Virus record (IMG/VR): IMGVR_UViG_3300040770_000357
Strand: one strand, 5' to 3'
DNA: 64,000 nt
Source of the DNA: a virus
A program made the translations under genes and the position numbers. Each line of letters starts with the position of its first letter. Within the stretch, counting starts at the first letter, position 1. Below, in pieces: positions 1-9,055 of the stretch. Below the pieces are notes generated by a model that was given only the letters and a program-made list of their open reading frames with translations, did no database searches and was not told the origin of the DNA.

Positions 1-2
1 AA

Positions 3-350
3 ACTAAGGTAATGGCATCGGGTCACTGGAACATTAATTATGCTGTTGGTAGTACTGACATTCAAGGTTCGGACAAAGATTTGGAAACGATATATAATCT
101 ATTGGTTCAAGCTGAAACAACTAAATTATCGATAGTTGGTCATACCGATAACACGGGTAACCCACAGTCTAATATTACATTATCTAAGGGTCGTGCTAAT
201 TCAGTGGTTGAAGCTTTAGTTAGTAAAGGTATTTCTAGAGATAGATTCCAATTGATTGATGGTAAAGGTTCAAATGACCCAATTGGTGATAACGCTTCTA
301 CTAGTGGTAAGGCTCAAAATCGTAGAGTTGATATTACTTTATTGAAATAA
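3..350 (+). CDS. OmpA-like C-terminal domain protein (5' truncated; probably fused to an ABC substrate-binding domain)
   Basis: GHTDNTG, LSKGRANSV and AQNRRVDI OmpA/MotB motifs; frame open to window edge. Confidence 0.85.
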   Translation, partial: TKVMASGHWNINYAVGSTDIQGSDKDLETIYNLLVQAETTKLSIVGHTDNTGNPQSNITLSKGRANSVVEALVSKGISRDRFQLIDGKGSNDPIGDNASTSGKAQNRRVDITLLK

Positions 351-368
351 TCCTTTCACAATATATAT

Positions 369-400
369 AAAACCCTAACAAAATTGTTAGGGTTTTTTTT
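369..400 (+). terminator. Intrinsic terminator
   Basis: AAAACCCTAACAA/TTGTTAGGGTTTT hairpin followed by T run. Confidence 0.8.
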
Positions 401-421
401 GGTTAATACATTTAATAAATG

Positions 422-429
422 TATCTTTG
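422..429 (+). promoter_or_regulatory. Bacteroidetes-type -7 promoter element TAnnTTTG (first of >20 copies, e.g. 4874, 8489, 11024, 11930, 13514, 13885, 16056, 27249, 46948)
   Basis: TATCTTTG/TATATTTG recurs in intergenic gaps ahead of operons, with TTG/TTAGG/TTTGG further upstream. Confidence 0.8.
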
Positions 430-452
430 TCAAGTAATATAAACATTAAATT

Positions 453-1223
453 ATGAAAAAAATCTTTAAACCTTTAGAAGAAATGAATAGCTATGCTAAA
501 TCTTCTTTAATGCTTGGTTGGTTACTTAGCTTAATACTTTTTTGGACAATCGCTAGTTTAGGTGATACTAACATATTCCCAACACCATTACAAGTTTTAG
601 TGGGCCTTAAAGACCTTTGGAATGGTGGGTTATTATTTGAACTTGGTAGTTCATTAGCCTTATGTGCCAAAGCAGTAAGTATTTCAGTAATACTATCATT
701 ATTGATTTCATATTCAACTGCAATACCTATTCTTAAACCAGTCGGAGTGTTCATATCAAAGTTGAGATATCTTCCATTGACTGGTATTACATTTTATATT
801 ACGATACTATTGAATGATGCTAGGTCAATACAAGTATGGGTTTTAGTTATGTTTATGACAACATTTCTTACAACTAGTCTAATGCAGATGATTAAAGACA
901 TATCAATTGAGGAATTTGAGCATGCTAGAACACTTGGATGTAGTCGTTTAGAATGTCTTTGGGAAGTGGTTATTAAAGGCCGATTAGATTATGTGATTGA
1001 GTTGGTTAGACAAAACCTTGCGATTGTTTGGATGATGCTTGTTAGTATCGAGTCAATACTTATTGCCGCTGGTGGTTTAGGTGTGTTAATTAAAAATGGT
1101 GATAGATTAGGTAATAACGGTAGAGTAATTGCCGTTCAAATAATAATAGTATTAGTTGGTTTAACCTTAGATTTTTTATTAACTAAGGTTCGTCAGTTAA
1201 TATTCAGATATTCAACATATTAA
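453..1223 (+). CDS. ABC transporter permease (NitT/TauT-like)
   Basis: About 6 hydrophobic segments, EAA-like loop EHARTLG, adjacent to ABC ATPase. Confidence 0.85.
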   Translation: MKKIFKPLEEMNSYAKSSLMLGWLLSLILFWTIASLGDTNIFPTPLQVLVGLKDLWNGGLLFELGSSLALCAKAVSISVILSLLISYSTAIPILKPVGVFISKLRYLPLTGITFYITILLNDARSIQVWVLVMFMTTFLTTSLMQMIKDISIEEFEHARTLGCSRLECLWEVVIKGRLDYVIELVRQNLAIVWMMLVSIESILIAAGGLGVLIKNGDRLGNNGRVIAVQIIIVLVGLTLDFLLTKVRQLIFRYSTY

Positions 1224-1327
1224 TGGAATATTTTTTAGTTGGGTTGATAGGATTTTTAGTAGGTAGAACAGTCGCTAGTATATATTTTCATATTATCGAT
1301 AATAGAAACAATAAAAATAAATAAGTT

Positions 1328-2167
1328 ATGGAGTATAGTGCAGAAAAAATGATACTTTATGTCGATGGTTTAGATGTAGGGTATAAAGATAAAAATGGTA
1401 ATGTTAAATTGGTCCTTAAAGATATTCATTTAGAAGAATTTGATATAGTAAGACCAAATGTAGCGGCAACGGGTCAAACAATAGCTTTCATAGCTAGGTC
1501 TGGTTGTGGTAAATCTACTTTGTTTAAAGCATTAACTGGGTTATTAAAACCAGAGAGAGGTCAGATACTTATGGCTGATTTAAGTACTTCTGATACACTT
1601 AGCGATGCTAGGAATGTAACTGAAGGTGATATTGGGTTCGTAGACCAAAAATACACGCTTTTTAGACACAAAACCGTTAATCAGATATGTGAGTATGCTT
1701 TAAGAAAAAGCCTCTTTACAAAGCAAGAAAAAGTGCTTTTAATTGACCAATATCTAAGCGAATGGGGTTTAACTGAGCATAGAGATAAATACTCTTGTGA
1801 ATTGTCTGGTGGTCAACGTCAACGTACAGCAATCATTGAACAAATGCTTACCTCAAAACATTTTATGATACTAGATGAACCGTTCAGTGGTTTGGACGTT
1901 GGTAATATTGAGAAGGTTAAAACATCATTCACCAAGATATTAAGTGAAAATGAATATAACACAATCATTTTCTCAACACATGATATTCATTTAGCTGTTG
2001 AGTTAGCTGATAGTATTTATATTCTTGGCCACCCCGAAGGTGTTACAGATTATAGTACCGTTATTAAACATTTTGATATGAAAGCACTAGGGTTAGCTTG
2101 GAAACCTTATAGCGATAGTCATAGGGTTGTTGCTGATGAGATAAGAGAAATATTACTTAATTCATAA
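1328..2167 (+). CDS. ABC transporter ATP-binding protein
   Basis: Walker A RSGCGKST, signature LSGGQRQR, Walker B ILDEP, H-loop STHD. Confidence 0.92.
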   Translation: MEYSAEKMILYVDGLDVGYKDKNGNVKLVLKDIHLEEFDIVRPNVAATGQTIAFIARSGCGKSTLFKALTGLLKPERGQILMADLSTSDTLSDARNVTEGDIGFVDQKYTLFRHKTVNQICEYALRKSLFTKQEKVLLIDQYLSEWGLTEHRDKYSCELSGGQRQRTAIIEQMLTSKHFMILDEPFSGLDVGNIEKVKTSFTKILSENEYNTIIFSTHDIHLAVELADSIYILGHPEGVTDYSTVIKHFDMKALGLAWKPYSDSHRVVADEIREILLNS

Positions 2168-2179
2168 ATCAAATTTAAT

Positions 2180-2503
2180 ATGGTAGTAGTTAGTGATAGA
2201 GCCATTCGTTTTTTCGAATGGTTATTAAATAGTGAAGGTATAAGAGGTTTAGCATTCTACCCTTTTATTTTTGTACCAACTGATACAGTAATTGATGATG
2301 TTTTGATTAACCATGAGAAAATACATCTAAAACAACAACTTGAATTGGGTATTTTACCATTTTACATTTGGTACTTGATAGCATTATATCGAGTAGGTTA
2401 TATGAGTATCTCATTTGAAAGGGAAGCCTATTCTAATGAGGATAACCTAAACTATTTAAAGGATAGGAAATCTTTTAGTTTTTTTAAGTATATTTATCGA
2501 TAG
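2180..2503 (+). CDS. Hypothetical protein with HExxH-like (HEKIH) motif
   Basis: ORF in operon; possible zincin-like motif. Confidence 0.6.
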   Translation: MVVVSDRAIRFFEWLLNSEGIRGLAFYPFIFVPTDTVIDDVLINHEKIHLKQQLELGILPFYIWYLIALYRVGYMSISFEREAYSNEDNLNYLKDRKSFSFFKYIYR

Positions 2504-2575
2504 GGAAACCTAATAAGAATATTGATTATAAAATAATTAATCAATGTTGTATTTAAAAAACATTTATGGATACGG

Positions 2576-2809
2576 ATGATTATTATAAACAGAAAGAAAT
2601 TAGCAACAATCAGCCTAGTGATATGCATGTTCTTCAACCCAATGGGGTTCGATATGCTTTTCAAAGCTGTGATGGAATTAACCGATTCTTATTGGATTAC
2701 GGATTTAATATTTTACCTTATATCACTATTGTTTCTGGTATTATATTTCTTATTATCAAATATAAATCCAATTAAAGAATTAAAACTTAAATTAAAAAAA
2801 AATGGATAA
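2576..2809 (+). CDS. Small membrane protein
   Basis: Two hydrophobic stretches; overlaps next start. Confidence 0.55.
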   Translation: MIIINRKKLATISLVICMFFNPMGFDMLFKAVMELTDSYWITDLIFYLISLLFLVLYFLLSNINPIKELKLKLKKNG

Positions 2810-3212
2810 AACATTTGACGAGCTTTATGAGGAATTTTTCAACGAGAACAACGGTAAGTTTGATGTCAAAAAACTTACCGATATGTTATCTAGTGTCAAA
2901 ATATTAGACACTTTAGATGACGATATGATTAATGCTATGGATGCGACACTTGGTGAACCAGACTCAGTAGATTATTATATTGAAGATGACTTATATTATG
3001 AGAAAAGAACTTGGAATACTGATAAGGGTATCTTAGTTAAGATAATCATAAGAGATGAACCACCAGCAGAAATGTTAGATGAAGGTCTAGAACAAAGTTT
3101 CAGTGAACCAATGACTACTCAAGAATTATTAGATATAGCTCTTGAGTCTGAAGATTATGAATCAGCGGCTTATTATAGGGATATAATTAAAAACGAAAAA
3201 AAGAAAAAATAA
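2802..3212 (+). CDS. Acidic protein with C-terminal UVR (UvrB/UvrC) motif
   Basis: LLDIALESEDYESAAYYRDII. Confidence 0.65.
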   Translation: MDKTFDELYEEFFNENNGKFDVKKLTDMLSSVKILDTLDDDMINAMDATLGEPDSVDYYIEDDLYYEKRTWNTDKGILVKIIIRDEPPAEMLDEGLEQSFSEPMTTQELLDIALESEDYESAAYYRDIIKNEKKKK

Positions 3213-3278
3213 TATAAGAAAAACCAGAGTAAAATTTGGTTTTTCTTTTTTTTTGTCGTAATTTTGGTAAAAAATATT

Positions 3279-3923
3279 ATGAAAGTAAAAGCCCGTGTTC
3301 ATATGTTGGAGACTAAGAAAAGTGACAACGTTTCTGATATTGTATTATCGCAAGATGCCACCAAATTAGCATTTATCAATGTTTTAACAACAGGTGATAC
3401 CCAACCTTGTACAAATCAAGAACTGTATGTTACCGCATACGACCTATATACATTAGGTGATTACCTATTAGACTTTAAGAATAACAAAGTTGTCTTATAT
3501 GACACTATTAATTTTAGTAAAGTTAATGTAGACGACTATAAAAAAATAATTGCAACGACTGACGAAACCATTACTACTGATGGTCAATACTACCTACCAG
3601 ATAGTTTTATTGAAACATATGTTAGTAGATACAATGAGGGTAGACAAATGAATAAAATAAATGTTATTTTAGTAATGACTTGTACTAATTGTGGTCAACA
3701 CTACTGTGATAATTATGGTTGTCGTGGGCATAAAGATAAACTTGAGACACATAGGATTTTCCCAATTAAGGCTGAGTCAAATGAGGATGAATTGTTAGCC
3801 TATGCTTCATATAAAGCAAATAAGTATAGTGTTGATAATGAAGATTTGGTTCGATTAACATTTGCAAAATCTGAATTTGTTAAAGACTACTGGTTTAACA
3901 AATTCAAACAATCTAATGTCTAA
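3279..3923 (+). CDS. Hypothetical phage protein
   Basis: Long ORF after terminator; shares KKIIATTD-like segment with 10005-10745. Confidence 0.65.
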   Translation: MKVKARVHMLETKKSDNVSDIVLSQDATKLAFINVLTTGDTQPCTNQELYVTAYDLYTLGDYLLDFKNNKVVLYDTINFSKVNVDDYKKIIATTDETITTDGQYYLPDSFIETYVSRYNEGRQMNKINVILVMTCTNCGQHYCDNYGCRGHKDKLETHRIFPIKAESNEDELLAYASYKANKYSVDNEDLVRLTFAKSEFVKDYWFNKFKQSNV

Positions 3924-4098
3924 ACATCCACCACAACCAACTTGGACAGGTAAAGATAAACCAAAAAAAGATAAAGATACGCCAGATTTACCAATAGATG
4001 GTTATATTAACTATGGTTTATTGGTTGGGGTTATCATCGCTTTTATATTAATTAAAAAAAATAAACATGTATTATGTAATTCAAGAAAATGTTTTTAG
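3916..4098 (+). CDS. Mini-protein with PID-CTERM-like sorting signal
   Basis: LPIDG + hydrophobic helix + KK basic tail. Confidence 0.5.
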   Translation: MSKHPPQPTWTGKDKPKKDKDTPDLPIDGYINYGLLVGVIIAFILIKKNKHVLCNSRKCF

Positions 4099-4843
4099 AG
4101 AACACAATTATAGTAAAATTTTTGATGTTTTAACTAAATTAGATTTACCGTTCGAAGTGGTTTCAATACCACCAAACACCGAGGATTTAACCATTGAAAG
4201 TGATAGAACAGATATATTTCCTTTTGGTAGCGTTAGGTTAGCAAATATATCGGCTAAAAATAATTGGAATCCTGGCTCTTTTTTTGGTAATAACCATGAT
4301 TATTCAGTGTATAGTGAATATTATCGTGATAACCTATTAAATTGGGGTTGTGATGTACAAGATATTACTGATAACATTGATTGGTTACCAAACGAAATGA
4401 AATTCATTAGACCATCTAAAGATTCTAAAGTCTTTAATGGTGCTGTTTATACTAAAATTAAATGGGACGATATAGTTTTATTAGTCAATGGTAGGTATGA
4501 TGGTGTTATTCCAGATATTGCAATTCAAGTTAATTCAGTTAAAAAAATATATAAAGAAGCTAGGGTATGGATAGTTGGTGGTAAGGTAATCACTAGTTCA
4601 TATTATAAATATAATGAAAATGTAGTCTATATAAGTGATGTTGAACCAGATGGGCTGGCATTTGCCCAATCTATGGTCGATATATACCAAGTTGCTGATT
4701 CATTCGTAATGGATATATGTTTGACACCAGATGGTTGGAAAATAGTTGAAATCAATTGTGTGAATTGTTCTGGTTTTTATGAGGGTGATTTACAAAAATT
4801 AGTGATTGCGTTAGAGGATTTCTTTAACCCAGAAAAAAGTTAA
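4067..4843 (+). CDS. ATP-grasp protein (R2K clade / DUF4343-like)
   Basis: FIRPSKDSKVF, EARVWIVGGKVITSS, VMDIC...WKIVEINC..CSGFY. Confidence 0.75.
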   Translation: MYYVIQENVFREHNYSKIFDVLTKLDLPFEVVSIPPNTEDLTIESDRTDIFPFGSVRLANISAKNNWNPGSFFGNNHDYSVYSEYYRDNLLNWGCDVQDITDNIDWLPNEMKFIRPSKDSKVFNGAVYTKIKWDDIVLLVNGRYDGVIPDIAIQVNSVKKIYKEARVWIVGGKVITSSYYKYNENVVYISDVEPDGLAFAQSMVDIYQVADSFVMDICLTPDGWKIVEINCVNCSGFYEGDLQKLVIALEDFFNPEKS

Positions 4844-4917
4844 AAAAAAATAGATTAAATCAAATAAAGGTTGTATCTTTGCAATCTAAACAATTAATAA
4901 CAATAAAAAATAAAATT

Positions 4918-5289
4918 ATGGCAGTAGCAAAAGCAAAAGAAGCGGCAGAAGAAGTTAAAGGTGCATTGTATCAATCTTTAAATAGAAACAATAAAGACAT
5001 TCTAAAGGATAGAGCTGAGACAATTGGTGAGGACCTTGAAATGACGTTTAAAAGGGGTGTTGAAAATATTGAGGTTAAGTTGAAAAGACTAAATCGTGAT
5101 AGAGCTTCGATGTATGATTTAAGTCCAACGAACACTCAAACATTAATTTTAGCTAAAGATTTAGATGCTCAGTTAATCTTAGAAAACGATAATAAAATGT
5201 CAATTGAAATCAGACAGTTAGAGATAAATCTGGAAATCGCCAACGAACGATATTTACATTTATTTGGTAAAACAACAAAAGAACTATAA
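4918..5289 (+). CDS. Hypothetical coiled-coil protein
   Basis: ATG downstream of TATCTTTG promoter; heptad-rich. Confidence 0.65.
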   Translation: MAVAKAKEAAEEVKGALYQSLNRNNKDILKDRAETIGEDLEMTFKRGVENIEVKLKRLNRDRASMYDLSPTNTQTLILAKDLDAQLILENDNKMSIEIRQLEINLEIANERYLHLFGKTTKEL

Positions 5290-5290
5290 T

Positions 5291-6169
5291 ATGGGAAATT
5301 CATCTTATTCAACAAGTGATAGATTTAGTCGTAGCATGTCTTCTGGTTATACAACCAAAAGTGCTAATGACATTTTTACACAAAACAAACTCCGCATGTC
5401 ACATGCGGAAATGAATCCAAGTGGTGTAACTATTAGGGAATCAAGAGACTCTGATGAACATCCTATGTCTATTCCAATTATTGTTGCTTTAGACGTTACG
5501 GGTTCTATGGGTAGAATCCCACATGACTTAGTTAAAGTTGGATTACCTAACATGATGGGTGGTATTATTGAGCATGGTATCCCAGACCCACAGATTTTAT
5601 TTTTAGGTATTGGTGACCACGTATATGATACATCACCTTTACAAATCAGTCAGTTTGAATCTGGTGATGCAGAATTAGATATGTGGTTAACGAGAACGTA
5701 CATCGAAAGTGGCGGTGGTGGAAATGGTGGTGAGTCTTATGGTTTAGCGCATTATTTTGCTGCAAATCATACAGTAACTGACCATTGGGAAAAAAGAGGT
5801 CAAAAAGGATTCTTATTCACCATTGGTGATGAACCTAATTTACCATCTTATCCATCATCAGCAATGAAAACTATTATGGGTAATGGTGATATCGCAACGT
5901 TTACCGATAAAGAGATTCTTGCAAAGGCGCAAGAACAATGGAATGTTTTTCATATCATGCCTGGAGTTGAAACACGTGGTGCTAGGGCATACTGGCGTGA
6001 AACACTTGGTGATAATTTTATTTTTGTTGATTCTATGAATGATGTTGCATCAGCAATTAGAGATACAGTTATTAAATTTGCTCCAAAAACAAACACACCA
6101 AATGTGGTTACTACTACGGATGTTGATACAACAAGTGGTACATCATCACATGTTAACATAGTACTTTAA
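5291..6169 (+). CDS. von Willebrand factor A domain protein
   Basis: MIDAS-like ALDVTGSMG, GGGGNGGESY, FTIGDE. Confidence 0.8.
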   Translation: MGNSSYSTSDRFSRSMSSGYTTKSANDIFTQNKLRMSHAEMNPSGVTIRESRDSDEHPMSIPIIVALDVTGSMGRIPHDLVKVGLPNMMGGIIEHGIPDPQILFLGIGDHVYDTSPLQISQFESGDAELDMWLTRTYIESGGGGNGGESYGLAHYFAANHTVTDHWEKRGQKGFLFTIGDEPNLPSYPSSAMKTIMGNGDIATFTDKEILAKAQEQWNVFHIMPGVETRGARAYWRETLGDNFIFVDSMNDVASAIRDTVIKFAPKTNTPNVVTTTDVDTTSGTSSHVNIVL

Positions 6170-6178
6170 TTAAAAAAT

Positions 6179-6210
6179 GGGTTCATGTGCTATGAAAGGT
6201 CCATGAACCC
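6179..6210. terminator. Intergenic 9-bp hairpin (no U tract; weak terminator or processing/stability element)
   Basis: GGGTTCATG/CATGAACCC. Confidence 0.4.
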
Positions 6211-6250
6211 CAATATTGAGTTATTAAGTTATTAACTTAAAATTAGCGTT

Positions 6251-7387
6251 ATGAATAATAAAAACATTAAAGCCGACATAGTTGTAGGTTTAGGCTACGG
6301 TGATGAAGGTAAAGGTATTACTACCGATTTTTTGTGTTCAAAATCAGAAAACCCAATTGTTATTAGATATTCTGGTGGTCAGCAAGCTGGTCATACAGTT
6401 ATGTATAATGGCGTAAAACATATCCATTCTAATTTTGGGTCTGGTAGTCTTAGAGGTGTTCCAACATATTTTTCAGAACACACAACCATTTACCCAGTAA
6501 CTATCGCTAGAGAGTTAAAGGTCCTAAAAGGTAAGGGTATTGACCCAGAACTAACAATACATCCATTAGCGATGATTACAACACCTTATGATGTGTATGC
6601 TAATAGAGTTGATGTTGATAATTTAAGTCATGGTACATGTGGTCTTGGTGTTGGTAAAACAATGAAAAGAAATGAAGGGCCATTTAAACTATACGCTATT
6701 GATTTGTTAGACCCTAGTACACTTATGGATAAAGTAAGAAGTATTAGAGAGAACTACTATTGTGGTGTAATAGTTGAAACTAATGAATTTTTAATTGAGC
6801 TTGAAGAATTTCTTGAGGCGATACTTGATTCATCAATCAATTGGAACATTAAAGGTTATAATTATTTATTAAATTACAGTAATTTAATTTTTGAGGGTTC
6901 ACAAGGTATACTATTGGATATGGACCATGGTGTTTTTCCACATGTTACGTATTCCAATACAACATCCAAAAATGCTCATCAAATACTAGATAAAATATCA
7001 GTAACTAACAGGAACATGTATTATATAACTAGGTGTTATAGCACAAGACATGGTTCTGGGCCGTTTATAGAGAATACTGTAACATTAATAAATAATACTG
7101 AGGAAATTAATGTTAATAATGAGTATCAAAAAAACTTTAAGTTAGCTAAATTAAGTTATGTTAGCCTTAACCATGCATTAATGATAGACGATATTTATTC
7201 TAATGGTAAAACGGTTACTAAAAATTTAGTAGTTACGTGTTTAGACCAATTACCATTATTTAAATTAAAAGAGGAATATTTAGAGGTTAAGTTTGATTCA
7301 ATCTACGAATCATATTCACCAGAAAGTAAAGATTATAAACTAAAAACAGAAAAAACATGGGACATTTCTCGCACAATTGCAAACTAA
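6251..7387 (+). CDS. Divergent adenylosuccinate synthetase-like protein
   Basis: GLGYGDEGKG, GGQQAGHT, FEGSQGILLD, TRHGSGPF; no TTGRxRR aspartate loop. Confidence 0.8.
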   Translation: MNNKNIKADIVVGLGYGDEGKGITTDFLCSKSENPIVIRYSGGQQAGHTVMYNGVKHIHSNFGSGSLRGVPTYFSEHTTIYPVTIARELKVLKGKGIDPELTIHPLAMITTPYDVYANRVDVDNLSHGTCGLGVGKTMKRNEGPFKLYAIDLLDPSTLMDKVRSIRENYYCGVIVETNEFLIELEEFLEAILDSSINWNIKGYNYLLNYSNLIFEGSQGILLDMDHGVFPHVTYSNTTSKNAHQILDKISVTNRNMYYITRCYSTRHGSGPFIENTVTLINNTEEINVNNEYQKNFKLAKLSYVSLNHALMIDDIYSNGKTVTKNLVVTCLDQLPLFKLKEEYLEVKFDSIYESYSPESKDYKLKTEKTWDISRTIAN

Positions 7388-8460
7388 GTGGCGTACCGAT
7401 AACTAGTGGTCCAGCAGTGTTAATCGTTATGTTACCTACTGGTAAAATGTACGATAATAGCGATGAAACATTAGTAAAATATGGTAAAACATATATGTGT
7501 TCGAATGATGGGCCAAGAATGAAGTATTCACCATGTTGGTTTCCAATTAAAGGTGATTACGACACATATGGTGGTCTAGAGAACATTATTGAAGATGATA
7601 ATACAAAGGCAATCGAAGAACATTATGGTCTTACAATTCATCAGATTTTAGGTGTTATCACTAGTGGTAGAAAAGATGATGGTTTTGATGATAGTTTAGA
7701 TTGTGTAATCGATAAACGTAAAAGTGACAGAAATAGTCCAATATATTTAAAAAAATATCGTGATTTAATTAAAATGTCTGGTATGTGGGTTCATGGTGGT
7801 GTTTACGCTAAACTATCCGCAAGAAAAGAGGTATATAGTAAATATGGTGGTATTGGTCTAGGTAACCCAGCTATTCTAAAATCGTTAGGATTTAAAGAAA
7901 ACGGTACTACTAGTGGTCGTTTTACCCAAAGGTTCTCAAAAGATGGTTTAATTATTCAATCAGATGGTAATTGGCTTGAGGTAGATGGTTGTAATAATAT
8001 TTATTGCTACTCAGACTTACTTGATTTTTGTGCTGTAAAAGGCGTTGTTATCGATGTTAGTGAGCATATCAAAAAAAGCTACAATGAACAGGTGTATGAT
8101 TATCTACTACCAAAAGTAAAGTCACTTAAGTCTGATATCTTTAGTATGTCGGACCCTAGGGGTGATAGAATGGTAATTGCTAAAACATTGTTGAATTATT
8201 CGGATTATGACATCAAAAATAGTATGACCGCTACTTATTTTGCTAACGCAAAAGAGGGTAAATTAAGAGAAAATATTAGAGAGTTTTGGGAATTTGATTC
8301 ATACATGTATGCTTGTGGTAAATATTATGAGATTGTTGGTACTGGCCCTCAAGATGGTGCACATAGTAGTGTTTTAGAGGTTGTCAATGCCGCTAAAGAA
8401 GTGTTGGAAGATTATATTGGTGAAAGAGAAGGTTATGGTGAAGATGAAGATTATGAATAA
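7357..8460 (+). CDS. Hypothetical protein
   Basis: 367-aa ORF in operon. Confidence 0.75.
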   Translation: MGHFSHNCKLSGVPITSGPAVLIVMLPTGKMYDNSDETLVKYGKTYMCSNDGPRMKYSPCWFPIKGDYDTYGGLENIIEDDNTKAIEEHYGLTIHQILGVITSGRKDDGFDDSLDCVIDKRKSDRNSPIYLKKYRDLIKMSGMWVHGGVYAKLSARKEVYSKYGGIGLGNPAILKSLGFKENGTTSGRFTQRFSKDGLIIQSDGNWLEVDGCNNIYCYSDLLDFCAVKGVVIDVSEHIKKSYNEQVYDYLLPKVKSLKSDIFSMSDPRGDRMVIAKTLLNYSDYDIKNSMTATYFANAKEGKLRENIREFWEFDSYMYACGKYYEIVGTGPQDGAHSSVLEVVNAAKEVLEDYIGEREGYGEDEDYE

Positions 8461-8613
8461 AATATTTGTTTTATTAATAAATTAGTTATATATTTGTATA
8501 ACAAACGCAAGCATGTTGTTTCAACGTGTTATCGGTAGTTTTCGGTACTCACGTAATAGAACCGATGGCAAACAGGGGAAGCGACCAGTGACTAATAGGA
8601 AAGACTAATAATT

Positions 8614-8817
8614 GGGGTTTTGGTGGAATTGGTATACACGGTGGGTTAATGGCCTACTGCACCTCATCACTGAAAAGTTAAAAGGTGTACAACTTTTAAT
8701 TGATAGGTGATGATAGCATACGATAAGGATTTAGGTGGGCACAGTAGGCATACTGATGAGAAGCTTAACTGATAAGGATTTGTGAAAAGCGTGGGGGTTC
8801 GAGTCCCTCATTCCCTA
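8614..8817 (+). ncRNA. tRNA-like RNA with large structured internal insert
   Basis: Leu-like D arm TGGTGGAATTGGTATACAC, T arm GGGGG-TTCGAGT-CCCTC, imperfect acceptor GGGGTTT/ATTCCCT, ~130 extra nt. Confidence 0.6.
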
Positions 8818-9055
8818 CAATTCACGTCAGCTGTGGCTTTTAGTATCTAGAGGCTCTTTGATAAACATTGAGGTGTTTACAGGTAAAAAACTAGCGGTTC
8901 GGAATTTTAACTCAAATATTTGTCATTGGCCCGAAGTCTTTCTAAACATTTAGGTGTTGTAGGTACTGGTCAGATTAGGATAAGTCAATGATAATCAAAT
9001 GTATGTTTAAGGAAAGAAATTTTTAAGTTTGTGACTAATAGGAAAGACTATTAAT

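Noticed and set aside
6251-7387. PurZ (2-aminoadenine DNA pathway)
   Set aside because: Has the PurA-type Asp in GDEGKG rather than the Ser of PurZ; no MazZ/DatZ-like partners recognised nearby.
8752-8790. Hammerhead ribozyme core (CTGATGAG...GAAA) inside the tRNA insert
   Set aside because: Stem II and the stem III/UH cleavage site cannot be formed convincingly.
8840-8990. SAM-I or glycine riboswitch (TATCTAGAG, TGGCCCGAAG, CAGGTA fragments)
   Set aside because: Fragments lack the required P2/P3 pairings and order; no suitable downstream gene.
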